Source: Candidatus Aenigmatarchaeota archaeon
GTDB lineage: Archaea > Aenigmatarchaeota > Aenigmatarchaeia > PWEA01
Length of the DNA stretch: 63,744 bases
NCBI GenBank assembly: GCA_003553905.1
Contig: PWEA01000035.1
Span: 1-63,744 of the forward strand
Direction: 5' to 3'
The position numbers and the translations under genes were made by a program. Shown here in pieces: positions 18,921 to 29,446 of this stretch; position 1 is the stretch's first letter; every line of letters starts with the position of its first letter. Below the pieces are notes generated by a model. That model saw nothing but the letters and a program-made list of their open reading frames with translations. It was not told where the DNA came from and searched no databases.

Positions 18921-18996
18921 GCCGCGATGGTGTAGTGGCTTAGCATAGAGCCCTGTCGAGGCTCTGACCCGGGTTCAAATCCCGGTCGCGGCGCCA
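18921..18996 (+). tRNA. tRNA-Asp(GUC), intronless, CCA encoded
   Basis: Acceptor GCCGCGA/TCGCGGC; anticodon arm AGAGC-CTGTCGA-GCTCT region; T-loop TTCAAAT. Confidence 0.96.
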
Positions 18997-19015
18997 TTAA
19001 ACGAGGTATTTAGAA

Positions 19016-19234
19016 ATGTCCAGGAAAGTATGCCCGAACGAATATATGAACAAAGAACAATGTACCTGCACATACCCTGGATGTCCACGTAAAGGAATCT
19101 GTTGTGAATGTATCGAACACCACAGAAAAAACAATGAGATTCCGGGGTGTCTTTTCACAGAACAAGGAGAAGAAACCCACGATAGATCGATGGAAAACCT
19201 TATCGAAGATAGAAAAATAAACAAGGGCTCGTAG
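19016..19234 (+). CDS. Small Cys/His-rich protein (resembles DUF6485 family)
   Basis: SD GAGGT; CTCTYPGCPRKGICCECIEHH...IPGCLF...DRS pattern; stop codon lies inside tRNA-Lys. Confidence 0.75.
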   Translation: MSRKVCPNEYMNKEQCTCTYPGCPRKGICCECIEHHRKNNEIPGCLFTEQGEETHDRSMENLIEDRKINKGS

Positions 19235-19409
19235 CTCAGTCTGGCAGAGCACTGGGCTTTTAACTATTTGCAAACGGAGTTTCGCAAAACTGAAACTCTG
19301 TTCCATAAATGAGGTTAAAAGCTCCGACGTAGACCGGTTAATATCAGTATCAAGGTCACGGATGAAGAAAGAAACCCAGTAGTCGCGGGTTCAAATCCCG
19401 TCGAGCCCA
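19225..19409 (+). tRNA. tRNA-Lys(UUU) with a 111-nt intron at 37/38 (19263-19373)
   Basis: Acceptor GGGCTCG/CGAGCCC; anticodon stem CTGGG/CCCAG; BHB central helix CTTT/AAAG. Confidence 0.94.
19309..19368 (+). ncRNA. Intron-encoded box C/D-type guide (guide GGUUAAAAGCU, D box CCGA, C box AUGAAGA) predicted to target U34 of tRNA-Lys(UUU)
   Basis: 10-11 nt complementarity to the host anticodon arm; K-turn with CGT/ACG stem; N+5 position pairs with U34. Confidence 0.75.
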
Positions 19410-19541
19410 TCAACGGTTCGTCAATAGTCTATTAAAAAAGACCAAAACCTTTATAAACGTTAACCTACAAAGGAAATTACCAGTTCATGAGCTTTCTATA
19501 AAGGTAAGGCAAGATATCTTGTATAAAGGGTATGGGAAAAT

Positions 19542-19787
19542 ATGGGCAAAAAATACGATGTAACAGATCATGTGAGGGTACCAGAACACAAAGTTCTATC
19601 TTCTGAGGAAAAGGAAGAGCTTTTGGAAAGGTTCAACGTAAAGGAACAACAGCTTCCGAAGATATACCACAACGATCCTGTAGTAAAGGAGTTGGATGCT
19701 TCGGTAGGCGATGTCCTTAAAATCGAAAGAAATAGCCCTACTGCAGGAAAGGCTGTCTACTACAGGCTCATAGTCGAAAGAAAGTAA
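19542..19787 (+). CDS. rpoH: RNA polymerase subunit H (Rpo5)
   Basis: H..VPEH, QLPKI...DP and R.SPTAG...YYR motifs. Confidence 0.97.
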   Translation: MGKKYDVTDHVRVPEHKVLSSEEKEELLERFNVKEQQLPKIYHNDPVVKELDASVGDVLKIERNSPTAGKAVYYRLIVERK

Positions 19788-19799
19788 CCGTGGTTAAAA

Positions 19800-21290
19800 A
19801 TGAAAAAAACTAAACTCCAATCTCTGCTGAAGGCATTTAAATCCGAAAAGGGCTTTGCAAGGTATCAAATAGATGCATATAACAGATTTATAGATGAAAG
19901 ACTACAGGAAATAATAGACGGTATAGGAGATATAGAGCCCGAATCAGAAAAGTTAGGTGACTTTACAATAGAACTGGGGGAAGTACGCGTTGGTGAACCT
20001 TCTGTTAAGGAAGCAGATGGAAGCCTAAGAAAAATACTACCCAAGGAAGCCAGGCTGAGAGATATAACATATTCAGCTCCAATATTTCTTCAAATGACAA
20101 CGAAGGCCGACGGAGAGGTCCATGAACAAAAGGAAGTAAAGATAGGTGAACTTCCTATAATGGTAAGATCAAAGAAATGTCCCCTATCGGAGATGGACGA
20201 AGAAGAGCTCATAGACGCAGGTGAAGATCCGGAGGATCTAGGAGGATACTTTATCGTAAACGGAACAGAAAGAGTTCTTATGCTTCTTGAAGAGGTAGCC
20301 CCAAACAGGGTCATAGTTGAAAAGAGAAGTAAGAAAAAGATTGAATACGCAGCAAGGATAAACTCCGAAAGGAGTGGATGGGGTCAAAGACATACGATAA
20401 ACAAAAAGAAGGACGGTTTACTGACAATATCATTTGCAAATGCACGTAAGGTTCCTTTAGTAGTTGTTATGAGAGCACTTGGTCTGGAAACAGATAAAGA
20501 GATAGTCCAATCAATAACAGGGGAAGAAAGGTACCAAGAGGAAATATACGCCAATCTATACGAAACAGACGTCTCGGACACAGAAGAAGCTCTAAGCTAT
20601 ATAGGGAAGGGGATGAATGTTTCAGAAGAGGAGTACAGAAAACAGAGGGCCGGAGAAGTAATAGATAAATATCTACTTCCGCATATAAGCCAGGAGGAGG
20701 AGGGAAGAATGGACAAAGCAAAATATCTTGGAAGGTGCGCTAAAAAGATACTTTATGTCTCAAACGGCGATCTTGAGCCCGATGACATAGACCATTACAG
20801 AAACAAACGCATAAGAACAAGTTCCGAGTTGCTTGAGATACTGATAAGGAGTAAGCTACTGGGTAGGGTTGGTCTTATTTCCAGGATAAAATACAACTAC
20901 AAAAAAATAGCTAGGAGAGGAAAGGTCCCTACTATAAATACAGTTGTAGAGTCTGATATGCTCACAGGTCAGATACAGTCGGCCTTTGCAACTGGTCTCT
21001 GGGTAGGAGGAAGAAGCGGTGTTTCACAGAGACTAGAAAGAACAAACTTCATAAAGACACTTTCCCACCTGAGAAATGTTACCTCACCGCTGTCCACACA
21101 ACAGGAACATTTTGATGCAAGACAACTACATGCAACACATTGGGGCAGGTTGGGCGCAACACAAACACCGGAGGGACCTACAATAGGTCTAAGGAAGTAT
21201 CTCGCACTTATGGCATCCATATCCACAGGACTACCGGAGTTCGAGGCAGAAGAAGCACTTAAAAATCTAAAGGTTGAGATAAAGAGGTAG
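19800..21290 (+). CDS. rpoB2: RNA polymerase subunit B'' (Rpo2N)
   Basis: EARLRDITYSAP, GGYFIVNGTERV, LSHLR and TPEG motifs. Confidence 0.97.
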   Translation: MKKTKLQSLLKAFKSEKGFARYQIDAYNRFIDERLQEIIDGIGDIEPESEKLGDFTIELGEVRVGEPSVKEADGSLRKILPKEARLRDITYSAPIFLQMTTKADGEVHEQKEVKIGELPIMVRSKKCPLSEMDEEELIDAGEDPEDLGGYFIVNGTERVLMLLEEVAPNRVIVEKRSKKKIEYAARINSERSGWGQRHTINKKKDGLLTISFANARKVPLVVVMRALGLETDKEIVQSITGEERYQEEIYANLYETDVSDTEEALSYIGKGMNVSEEEYRKQRAGEVIDKYLLPHISQEEEGRMDKAKYLGRCAKKILYVSNGDLEPDDIDHYRNKRIRTSSELLEILIRSKLLGRVGLISRIKYNYKKIARRGKVPTINTVVESDMLTGQIQSAFATGLWVGGRSGVSQRLERTNFIKTLSHLRNVTSPLSTQQEHFDARQLHATHWGRLGATQTPEGPTIGLRKYLALMASISTGLPEFEAEEALKNLKVEIKR

Positions 21291-21295
21291 ATAAA

Positions 21296-23095
21296 TTGAC
21301 AGATTTATTTTTAAACGGCAAGTTCATAGGCACAACAGAAGAACCAAAGGAACTAGTCAGAGAAGTAAGAGAAGGAAGAAGGGAAGGTAAGTTCCCCCAT
21401 GATTTTAACATCAGATATAACGAAGAGGAAGAAAATATAAGGATAAACACAGACTCAGGTAGGGTGAGAAGACCTCTTGTGAGGGTTGAAGACGGAGAAC
21501 CTCTTCTGACAGAAGATCATATAGAGGACATAGAAGATGGGGAAATCAGGTGGAGTGATCTGATTGAAGAGGGTGTAATCGAATGGATAGATGCTTCAGA
21601 GGAAGAAGATCTCCTAGTAGCATCAAAGGAGGAAGATATAACCGATAAACATACTCATGTTGAGATTCACCCAGCAAACATACTGGGTATAAATGCTTCT
21701 CTTGTGCCCTTCCCCGAATACAACAGAGGAGACAGGGTAAGCTACGGAGCAAAGATGATAGGTCAAACCCTTGGTTTTTATAGTGCAAACTATCCCCTAA
21801 GGGCGGACACGAAGAGCAACATATTAGCATACCCTCAAACGCCGCTGGTAACCACACAAACAGAAGAAGCAGTTGAGCTGGAAAAACATCCTGCAGGGCA
21901 GAACGTAGTCGTAGCTTTGTTATCATACAAAGGTTTCAATATAGAAGACGCACTAATAGTTAACAAAAGCAGCGTTGAGAGAGGATTTGCAAGGAGCTAT
22001 TTCTTTAGAACATACGATGCTGAAAAACAGAGATACTCTGGTGGACAGGAAGATGAAATAAGTATACCGGACAAGGATGTGAGAGGTTACAGATCAGAAG
22101 AAGCATACTCTCATCTATCGGAGGATGGTATAGTACCACCCGAAGTAGGAGTAGAAAGTGGGAGTGTAATTATAGGTAAGACCTCACCGCTACGTTTTAT
22201 GGGAACAGGTGAGTTTGTTACAGGAATACAAAACAGGAGGGAAACTTCGGTCACAGTTAGACATGGTGAAGGTGGCGTTGCCGACAAAGTTCTTCTTTCG
22301 GAGACCGAAAACGGTAACAAGCTTGTTAAAGTTACTGTGAGAGAACAGAGAATACCAGAACTTGGTGACAAGTTCGCTACACGACATGGACAAAAGGGTG
22401 TTATAGGACTTATGGAACCCGAAGAAAACATGCCGTTTACAAAGGATGGAGTAACACCTGATATTATATTGAACCCACATGGGATCCCGTCAAGACAAAC
22501 AGTTGGACAGATACTTGAAATACTTGCAGGTAAAACAGGAGCCCTCGAAGGAACGAAAATCGATGGGACAGCTTTCTCATCCGAGGAAGAAGACAGTATA
22601 AGAGAAAGGCTGAGAGACTGCGGGTTTAGATCGGACGGAAAGGAGGTTTTATATAACGGAACTACGGGTGAAATTATGGAAGCAGAGATATTCCAAGGTG
22701 TTGTTTACTATGAAAAACTGGAACATATGGTATCCAACAAGATACACGCAAGATCCAGAGGACCCGTTACGCTGCTCACAAAACAGCCCACAGAAGGAAG
22801 AGCAAAGGAAGGAGGACTAAGACTGGGTGAAATGGAAAAGGACTGCTTCATCGGCCACGGTGCATCGATGACATTAAAAGAAAGGTTCTCATCGGACAAG
22901 GTTACGTTACCTATATGTAAAAAGTGCGGTGTTGTGGCCATCGAAGATGAAAGTAAGGATGAAACGAGATGTCCGATGTGTAAAAAGAGCGATGAAGTAG
23001 AAGAAGTTCCAATGAGCTATGGCTTCAAGCTGCTACTTGATGAACTAAAATCAATGACAATATATCCAAAACTTGATATAGGGGAGTCGGTCTAG
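21296..23095 (+). CDS. rpoB1: RNA polymerase subunit B' (Rpo2C)
   Basis: GDKFATRHGQKG, NPHGIPSR and GGLRLGEME motifs; TTG start. Confidence 0.97.
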   Translation: MTDLFLNGKFIGTTEEPKELVREVREGRREGKFPHDFNIRYNEEEENIRINTDSGRVRRPLVRVEDGEPLLTEDHIEDIEDGEIRWSDLIEEGVIEWIDASEEEDLLVASKEEDITDKHTHVEIHPANILGINASLVPFPEYNRGDRVSYGAKMIGQTLGFYSANYPLRADTKSNILAYPQTPLVTTQTEEAVELEKHPAGQNVVVALLSYKGFNIEDALIVNKSSVERGFARSYFFRTYDAEKQRYSGGQEDEISIPDKDVRGYRSEEAYSHLSEDGIVPPEVGVESGSVIIGKTSPLRFMGTGEFVTGIQNRRETSVTVRHGEGGVADKVLLSETENGNKLVKVTVREQRIPELGDKFATRHGQKGVIGLMEPEENMPFTKDGVTPDIILNPHGIPSRQTVGQILEILAGKTGALEGTKIDGTAFSSEEEDSIRERLRDCGFRSDGKEVLYNGTTGEIMEAEIFQGVVYYEKLEHMVSNKIHARSRGPVTLLTKQPTEGRAKEGGLRLGEMEKDCFIGHGASMTLKERFSSDKVTLPICKKCGVVAIEDESKDETRCPMCKKSDEVEEVPMSYGFKLLLDELKSMTIYPKLDIGESV

Positions 23096-25570
23096 ATGCC
23101 ACACAAAATAAATAAGATAGAGTTCAAGATACTGTCTCCACAACAGATTAAGGAGATGGCTGTAGGAGAAATCACAGATCCAACACTGTACGACAAAAGT
23201 GGTTATCCGGCGGAGAACGGGGTTATGGACCCAAGAATGGGCGTTATAGATCCCGGTATGAAATGTAGAACATGTGGCAAGAGCATAGGGTCATGTCCAG
23301 GTCATTTCGGATACATCGACCTATCCAGACCCGTGGTACATGTAAGATATGTAAAAACTGTGTACAAGTTCCTGAGAGCTACATGTCAAGAATGTCATAA
23401 ACCGCTCGGAGATGACGAAGAAATAGAAGAGATGGAAGATCCTCTCTACGAACTGTATTTGAAGAAAAGGAAAAAATGTCCACACTGTGATGCTGAACAG
23501 GACAAAGTAAAGAGAAAGAGGCCCCACAATTTTACTCTCGGTGGAAGACAACTAAACCCAAGGGAAATAAGAGAATGGTTTGAAAATATATCAGATGAAA
23601 CAATAAAAAAGTTTGGAATAAACGGCGGTAGACCCGAGTGGCTCATACTTACACTACTACCCGTCCCTCCTGTAACGATGAGACCTTCCATAACTCTACA
23701 GTCAAGCCAAAGATCAGAAGACGACCTAACACATAAGCTCGTTGATCTCATAAGGATAAATCAAAGGCTTGCCGACAATATAGAGATAGGGGCACCTGAT
23801 TTCATAATAGACGATCTATGGGAGCTTCTACAGTACCATGTTTCGACGTTCTTTGACAACAACTTATCAAGTGTACCACAGGCAAGACATAGAAGTGGTA
23901 GGGCACTCAAAACATTGGCTCAGAGGCTGAAAAGCAAACAGGGAAGATTCAGAGGAAACCTGGCCGGTAAGCGTGTTGACTTTTCCTCAAGAACAGTCAT
24001 ATCACCGGATCCCGACATTTCAATAAACGATGTCGGCGTACCGGAACAGATTGCAAAGGAAATTACAATACCGGAAAAGGTCAGAGAAGATAATCTCAAA
24101 GAATTAAAATCCCTTGTTAAGAACGGTCCAGAAAACCATCCGGGTGCCAACTACTTAAAGAGACCAGATGGAGGAAAGAAAAAAATAACAGAAGATAACT
24201 GTGAAAAAATATCCGAAGAGTTGGAGGTTGGGTTTATTGTCGAAAGACATCTACAGAACGGAGATGTTGCACTGTTTAATCGACAACCATCTCTGCATAG
24301 GATGAGTCTTATGGCACACAGAGTTAGGATTATGCCTGGCAAAACATTCAGACTCAACCTGTGTGTTTGTGACCCGTACAACGCTGACTTCGACGGTGAC
24401 GAAATGAATCTCCATGTCCCACAGACCGCCGAGGCAAGGGCAGAAGCAGAAGAACTAATGCTTGTGCAGGAAAATATAAGAAGCCCTAGATTCGGAGGAC
24501 CTATAATAGGATGTACTCAGGACCATATATCTGGACTCTATCTTCTAACGGGAGACGATGTAGAGTTTGACAGAAAGACCGCACAGGAGATTGTAACCCA
24601 AGCAGGAGATGAAGATGTCGTTTTCGAATCTGAAACAGTCACTGGAAAAGAGGTATTTTCAAAGTTTATCCCTGATTTAACTGTTGTATTCGATTCAGAA
24701 TCGGGAGATGAAAAAGTAATAATAGAAAACGGCGAACTAAAGCAAGGAAGGATAGATGAAGCTGCAGTAGGTTCATTTGCTGGTAAATTAACAGAAAAGA
24801 TCGAAAGGAAACACGGCACGGAGGTAACAAAGGACTTCCTTGACTCAATAAGTAGACTTTCTCTTGAATATCTTAACAGAAGAGGATTTTCTATGAGCAT
24901 ATCCGATTTGGATATAACGGAGGAATCAAAGGATGAAATAACTAATATGATCAACGATGCTGAAGAGGATTCACATAGACTCATACAGAACTTTGAAGAA
25001 GGTGATATAGATCAGATACCAGGACAAACTAAAAAAGAATCACTCGAATCCCATATAAATAGAAGACTCGGGCAGGTCCAGAATTCTGCGAACGATGTAG
25101 TAGGAAACGACCTTCCGCAGAAAAGCTCGGCAGTAAATATGGCAAAGTCCGGTGCAAGAGGAGGTATGGTACAGTTATCTCAGATAGCGGGTGTCGTAGG
25201 ACAACAGACACTAGAAGGCAACAGAATACACAGAGGTTATAAAGACAGAACCCTTTCTCTGTTTGAAAGAGGGGAATTATCACCAAAGGCACACGGATTC
25301 GTAAGCTCCTCGTTCAAAAGTGGTTTATCCCCAGAAGAGTTTTATTTCCTAGTTATGAATGGAAGAGAAGGTTTGATGGATACAAGTCTGAGGACAAGGA
25401 AAAGTGGGTATATGGAAAGAAGGCTTGTAAATGCATTACAGGATCTCAAGGTGGAGACAGATGGAACAGTAAGGGACAACAGAAAGACGATAATACAGTT
25501 CACACCAGGAGAAGACGGGGTTGATCCAGCAAAGAGCAAGGAAGGAGATGTACCAATAGAAATTGAGTGA
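23096..25570 (+). CDS. rpoA1: RNA polymerase subunit A' (Rpo1N)
   Basis: Catalytic [16 protein letters not shown] and NRQPSLH motifs. Confidence 0.98.
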   Translation: MPHKINKIEFKILSPQQIKEMAVGEITDPTLYDKSGYPAENGVMDPRMGVIDPGMKCRTCGKSIGSCPGHFGYIDLSRPVVHVRYVKTVYKFLRATCQECHKPLGDDEEIEEMEDPLYELYLKKRKKCPHCDAEQDKVKRKRPHNFTLGGRQLNPREIREWFENISDETIKKFGINGGRPEWLILTLLPVPPVTMRPSITLQSSQRSEDDLTHKLVDLIRINQRLADNIEIGAPDFIIDDLWELLQYHVSTFFDNNLSSVPQARHRSGRALKTLAQRLKSKQGRFRGNLAGKRVDFSSRTVISPDPDISINDVGVPEQIAKEITIPEKVREDNLKELKSLVKNGPENHPGANYLKRPDGGKKKITEDNCEKISEELEVGFIVERHLQNGDVALFNRQPSLHRMSLMAHRVRIMPGKTFRLNLCVCDPYNADFDGDEMNLHVPQTAEARAEAEELMLVQENIRSPRFGGPIIGCTQDHISGLYLLTGDDVEFDRKTAQEIVTQAGDEDVVFESETVTGKEVFSKFIPDLTVVFDSESGDEKVIIENGELKQGRIDEAAVGSFAGKLTEKIERKHGTEVTKDFLDSISRLSLEYLNRRGFSMSISDLDITEESKDEITNMINDAEEDSHRLIQNFEEGDIDQIPGQTKKESLESHINRRLGQVQNSANDVVGNDLPQKSSAVNMAKSGARGGMVQLSQIAGVVGQQTLEGNRIHRGYKDRTLSLFERGELSPKAHGFVSSSFKSGLSPEEFYFLVMNGREGLMDTSLRTRKSGYMERRLVNALQDLKVETDGTVRDNRKTIIQFTPGEDGVDPAKSKEGDVPIEIE

Positions 25571-26726
25571 TATTATGAACTATGAAAAAAAGGTGAATAA
25601 ACTAGAAGGGAAGCTTCCTGAAAGGGTAAAAAATAGACTAATCGAAAAGATGGAAGAAGAAGAACTCAAAGGCCAGGAAGCAGATGAGCTCATAGAGAAT
25701 ACAAAGAAGGAGTATAAAAGGTGTAGATTCGAGGCAGGAGAAGCTATAGGCGTTATAGCAGCACAGTCTATCTCGGAACCGGCAACACAGATGACAATGC
25801 GTACTTACCATGTAGCCGGTTCAGCACAGGGTGTAGAGATTACACAAGGTCTTCCTAGACTAATAGAAGTCGTTGATGCCAGGAAAACCATAAAAACGCC
25901 TTCAATGGATGTCTATCTGGAAGAAGAATATCAAAATGAGGAAGAAGCAAGAAATGTTGCAAACGAAATAAGAGAAACAAAGCTTGTTGATATTATAACA
26001 GAGGACAGGATAGATCTTCTAAATCTGGTCGTTGAATTCGATATAGACAAGGAGGCACTGAAAGGAGTAAATATGGATAAGGAAGAGGCAATAGGCAGTC
26101 TCAATAAAGGAAGAAGAAAGTACGAGGCGGAGTTGGATGGAAATGTAATAAAGATAGTACCCAAGGACGACGATGTATCTGTAAGAGATCTTCAAAAAAT
26201 AAAGAATAAAGTTATGGATAAACACATGAAAGGTATAAAGGGAATCTCTCAGGCAGTTGTAACAGAGACACAAGGGATGTGGACAATCCAAACTCTTGGA
26301 ACAAACCTAAAAAAAGTTCTCAAGGTAGAAGGCGTGAATCCCAAAAAGACTGTATCAAGCGACCCAAGGGAAATGGAAAAGGTATTCGGTATAGAAGCCT
26401 GCAGAAATACCGTGCTCAAAGAAGGACATAAAACCATAAAAGATCAGGGACTAGACGTAGATATAAGACATATGATGCTTGTTGCAGACACCATGACGGT
26501 AGACGGAGAGCTCAAGGCCATAGGAAGATATGGAATAGCAGGTGAAAAGGGTTCAGTTCTTGCAAGAGCAAGCTTCGAAGTTACAGTAAGACATCTGACA
26601 GACGCAGCCATCGAAGGAGAGGTCGATGACCTAAACTCCACAGTAGAAAATGTTATAATAAATCAGACTGTTCCGGTTGGCACAGGTATGTACGATGTAG
26701 TTTACAAACCAGAAAGGTCCGAGTGA
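25563..26726 (+). CDS. rpoA2: RNA polymerase subunit A'' (Rpo1C)
   Basis: [20 protein letters not shown] and LARASFE motifs. Confidence 0.98.
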   Translation: MSDIMNYEKKVNKLEGKLPERVKNRLIEKMEEEELKGQEADELIENTKKEYKRCRFEAGEAIGVIAAQSISEPATQMTMRTYHVAGSAQGVEITQGLPRLIEVVDARKTIKTPSMDVYLEEEYQNEEEARNVANEIRETKLVDIITEDRIDLLNLVVEFDIDKEALKGVNMDKEEAIGSLNKGRRKYEAELDGNVIKIVPKDDDVSVRDLQKIKNKVMDKHMKGIKGISQAVVTETQGMWTIQTLGTNLKKVLKVEGVNPKKTVSSDPREMEKVFGIEACRNTVLKEGHKTIKDQGLDVDIRHMMLVADTMTVDGELKAIGRYGIAGEKGSVLARASFEVTVRHLTDAAIEGEVDDLNSTVENVIINQTVPVGTGMYDVVYKPERSE

Positions 26727-26733
26727 TTTTGTT

Positions 26734-27138
26734 ATGAAGAAAAAGTTTGATAAAGAACCAATACAGTCGATTAATCTCTTCGAAGAAAAAACTAACGTCG
26801 AGGTAAAGGATTTTATAGAGGACGAAGATTCTGCATATTTTCTTGTTGAAGAAGGAAAAGCAGGCCTTGCTATAGGAAAAAACGGGAAAAATATAAAGAA
26901 TATAGGAAACATGCTTGGTAAGAGGATTAAGGTCTTTGAATACGAAGAAAATGAAGAAAAGCTTGTAAAAAATATGGTGCTCGAATGCAATTCGGTCGAT
27001 ATAAAAAATAATGTTGCATTTGTAGACGTCGATGAAAGCGATAGAGGCAGGGTAATAGGAGCAAATGGAAGTAACATAGAAAAAGTTCGAACCCTGCTCA
27101 GAAGAAACAGTGATTTAGAAGACCTAAAGCTCAAGTAA
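26734..27138 (+). CDS. nusA: Archaeal NusA-like KH-domain protein
   Basis: AIGKNGKNI and VIGANGSNI KH motifs; follows rpoA2. Confidence 0.93.
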   Translation: MKKKFDKEPIQSINLFEEKTNVEVKDFIEDEDSAYFLVEEGKAGLAIGKNGKNIKNIGNMLGKRIKVFEYEENEEKLVKNMVLECNSVDIKNNVAFVDVDESDRGRVIGANGSNIEKVRTLLRRNSDLEDLKLK

Positions 27139-27183
27139 CCGTACAAAGCTTTATAATTTTACTCGAATAAAATATCCTCCTAT

Positions 27184-27278
27184 GGGCCCGTAGCTCAGTC
27201 TGGCAGAGCACTAGGCTCTTATGGTCTGTAAAGGTCTGAGAAACCTAGGAGTCGCGGGTTCAAATCCCGTCGGGCCCA
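27184..27278 (+). tRNA. tRNA-Lys(CUU) with a 21-nt intron at 37/38 (27222-27242)
   Basis: Acceptor GGGCCCG/CGGGCCC; anticodon stem CTAGG/CCTAG; relaxed BHB CTCT/TGAG. Confidence 0.94.
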
Positions 27279-27291
27279 TGACCAGACGTAA

Positions 27292-27645
27292 CTAATTTCT
27301 TTTATACTCTTTAAGACAGCACTCTATATCAACCTTGCTCTCAAAAATCTGCTCATATGTATCCATGAGATAGAATATCTCCTCATCGGATATCTCTCCC
27401 ATAAGAAGACGATCGAAACAATCCCTTACTCCATCAATGGAATCCTCCATTTCACCCATGAACTGATTTACATACACAAGCAGACCATCGTATCTATCAT
27501 CTGAAATGTCATCTATTTCTTTATCTAAAGAAAGAAGATATCTATCCACTACATCAAGAAGATCCAACATACTGACACAGTAGTCTTTGAAAAACTTCTG
27601 TTTATCTTCGGTCTCAAATAGTTCAGGTTTAAACGCATCGGACAT
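27292..27645 (-). CDS. Hypothetical acidic helical protein
   Basis: 117 aa ORF with upstream TATA-like TTATATAA; no recognisable motif. Confidence 0.6.
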   Translation of the reverse strand: MSDAFKPELFETEDKQKFFKDYCVSMLDLLDVVDRYLLSLDKEIDDISDDRYDGLLVYVNQFMGEMEDSIDGVRDCFDRLLMGEISDEEIFYLMDTYEQIFESKVDIECCLKEYKRN

Positions 27646-27681
27646 AGAATTATACTGTTTTAAACCTACTTATATAAGAAA

Positions 27682-27936
27682 TCATAGTAACGAAACGTTT
27701 TCCACAACAACTGATGCCACATCTTCTATTTCTTCTACCCGGTTCTCTATGTCATCAGTGCCTCCCTTTTCTTCGTCTCTTACTATAAGAATCTTCAGAG
27801 CAGTCAGACCAAATCCTATTTTCTCGGTCTGAGAATCCTCAACTGGAAAAACCTTATCTATCCTGTCTTTCAGATCTTCTAGATTAACCTCAGTACCTTC
27901 TGGGGTAACCTTTAAAGAAATTGCAACGTCTCCCAT
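27682..27936 (-). CDS. ef1b: Elongation factor 1-beta
   Basis: MGDVAISLKVTPE...IGFGLTAL...GGTD. Confidence 0.95.
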   Translation of the reverse strand: MGDVAISLKVTPEGTEVNLEDLKDRIDKVFPVEDSQTEKIGFGLTALKILIVRDEEKGGTDDIENRVEEIEDVASVVVENVSLL

Positions 27937-27940
27937 GTTA

Positions 27941-28126
27941 TCAATCCTTTCGGTCGCCTGTTATAGTTTTATTTTTCCAGTTTTCGTTTTTCAGTTTTTT
28001 TGTCTTACCAAAACCACAGGCTGAGCACTTACCCTTAGAGCGGTTAAAGGATTTCCTACCACACCTTCTACAGACTCCGTGTGTCTGCTTCTTCATTTTA
28101 CCTGCAGATGGCGTACCCTTTGACAT
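27941..28126 (-). CDS. rpl37e: 50S ribosomal protein eL37
   Basis: KGTPS.GK...TH..CRRCG.....C..CGFG. Confidence 0.96.
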   Translation of the reverse strand: MSKGTPSAGKMKKQTHGVCRRCGRKSFNRSKGKCSACGFGKTKKLKNENWKNKTITGDRKD

Positions 28127-28154
28127 CTAAAATCACATCGAAAGATGTTGGTAT

Positions 28155-28385
28155 CTACTCGGGCGAGGCAAAGATTACGTTGTCTCCTCGCACGACTATT
28201 GTACCAAGCCTAGTTTTGTTGCCTTCTTCGCCTACCTTTTCAGCGTTTTCAAGCCAAAGGTTAAGATGTAAATCAAAAGCTACTAACTTACCTGCTATCT
28301 TCTCGCCGTTTTTCAGGTTAGCAATAACTCTATTTCCTCTGGCTTTCTCAAGCGCATCAAGTGGCCTTTTACCGTTTTCACCCAT
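28155..28385 (-). CDS. Sm-like (LSm/SmAP) protein
   Basis: RPLD.L, G.L.AFD.HLNL.L and IVVRGDNV motifs; adjacent to eL37 as is typical in archaea. Confidence 0.95.
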   Translation of the reverse strand: MGENGKRPLDALEKARGNRVIANLKNGEKIAGKLVAFDLHLNLWLENAEKVGEEGNKTRLGTIVVRGDNVIFASPE

Positions 28386-28468
28386 GCTATCACGTTTTCT
28401 TTTATTAAAAGAGTATTTAAAGGTATGGGTTGAAAATATTTAAGTGACAAAGGAAAAGGTATGTTGTT

Positions 28469-28846
28469 ATGTTAAGAGGCAAATCAAAGAGAAAAATCAC
28501 TGGCGGTAAAAAGAGTACCAACAGAAAGGGAAGAAAGCATGAACTAACAAGAGAAAGTATACTGTGTAAGGTCGCAAAAGATGACAGACAGAAAGAAATA
28601 GGTGTCAGAGGAAACTGCAAGAAAACACGCCTGAGAACTGCCAAGAAGGCAAATGTAGCAGACAGAAAAGAAGGCAAGGTAGTCACAGAAGATATAGTCG
28701 ATGTAGTGGAAAACAAAGCAAACCCACATTTCGTTAGGAGAGGCGCACTCACAAAGGGAACAGTAATAGAAACAGAATCTGGTAAGGCAAGGATAACCTC
28801 AAGACCTGGTCAGGACGGTCACGCAAATGCTGTAAGAATAGAATAG
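28469..28846 (+). CDS. rps8e: 30S ribosomal protein eS8
   Basis: N.ANPHFVRR..LTKG.VI and ITSRPGQDG motifs. Confidence 0.96.
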   Translation: MLRGKSKRKITGGKKSTNRKGRKHELTRESILCKVAKDDRQKEIGVRGNCKKTRLRTAKKANVADRKEGKVVTEDIVDVVENKANPHFVRRGALTKGTVIETESGKARITSRPGQDGHANAVRIE

Positions 28847-29446
28847 TTATTTTCTTTCAAATCTATAAAAAACTACTTCTACGCTTTCTATATCTTTATC
28901 GTGCCAGGGCATTGTTCTTTCCAATGGAAAGTTTATGGTTTGGCTTGATGTAACTACACCACCACAGTTGTCTACATACCTTCTGACGAACCTATCTGTT
29001 CCTCCCATATGGAACGAATATACAACAGGAGCAATCTTAAGGGACTTTTTGATGAAAGGCCTGTCGCTTCCTGGTACCTGAGAACCAAAAGGAGGATTCT
29101 GTATCACAATATCAGCACTTCCCGAAGCCTCCATTACGTCTATAGCCAAAAACTCTATATCTACACCGGCTTTTTTTGCGTTCTTTTTTGCTATTTCGAT
29201 TGCTTTCTCATCTACATCTACACACACGACCTCCTCGGCACCGAGAATTTTTGCACCTATTCCCAACGTACCTGTTCCACATCCTAAATCATATATTTTC
29301 TTGCCTTCGATCTCTCCTTTCATATATACACTCCAGAGAACTGAAGAAGCCAGTTCGGGGGGTGTTCTATACTGCTCGAGTTTTGAATCGGGATCCTGGA
29401 AGCCCTCCAGCTTCTCTAACTCCAGTTCGAGCTCCTTCTTGTCCAT
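28847..29446 (-). CDS. METTL5-family N6-adenine RNA methyltransferase
   Basis: LEQYRTP, DLGCGTG and NPPFG motifs. Confidence 0.92.
   Translation of the reverse strand: MDKKELELELEKLEGFQDPDSKLEQYRTPPELASSVLWSVYMKGEIEGKKIYDLGCGTGTLGIGAKILGAEEVVCVDVDEKAIEIAKKNAKKAGVDIEFLAIDVMEASGSADIVIQNPPFGSQVPGSDRPFIKKSLKIAPVVYSFHMGGTDRFVRRYVDNCGGVVTSSQTINFPLERTMPWHDKDIESVEVVFYRFERK

Noticed and set aside
149..27146. Numerous antisense Ser/Phe/Leu-rich ORFs opposite ribosomal and RNAP genes
   Set aside because: Shadow ORFs produced by the purine-rich coding strand
27222..27242. Possible guide in the tRNA-Lys(CUU) intron (contains CTGA and a GGTCTG repeat)
   Set aside because: No C box or K-turn, only about 4 nt of complementarity, and the -5 position is mismatched
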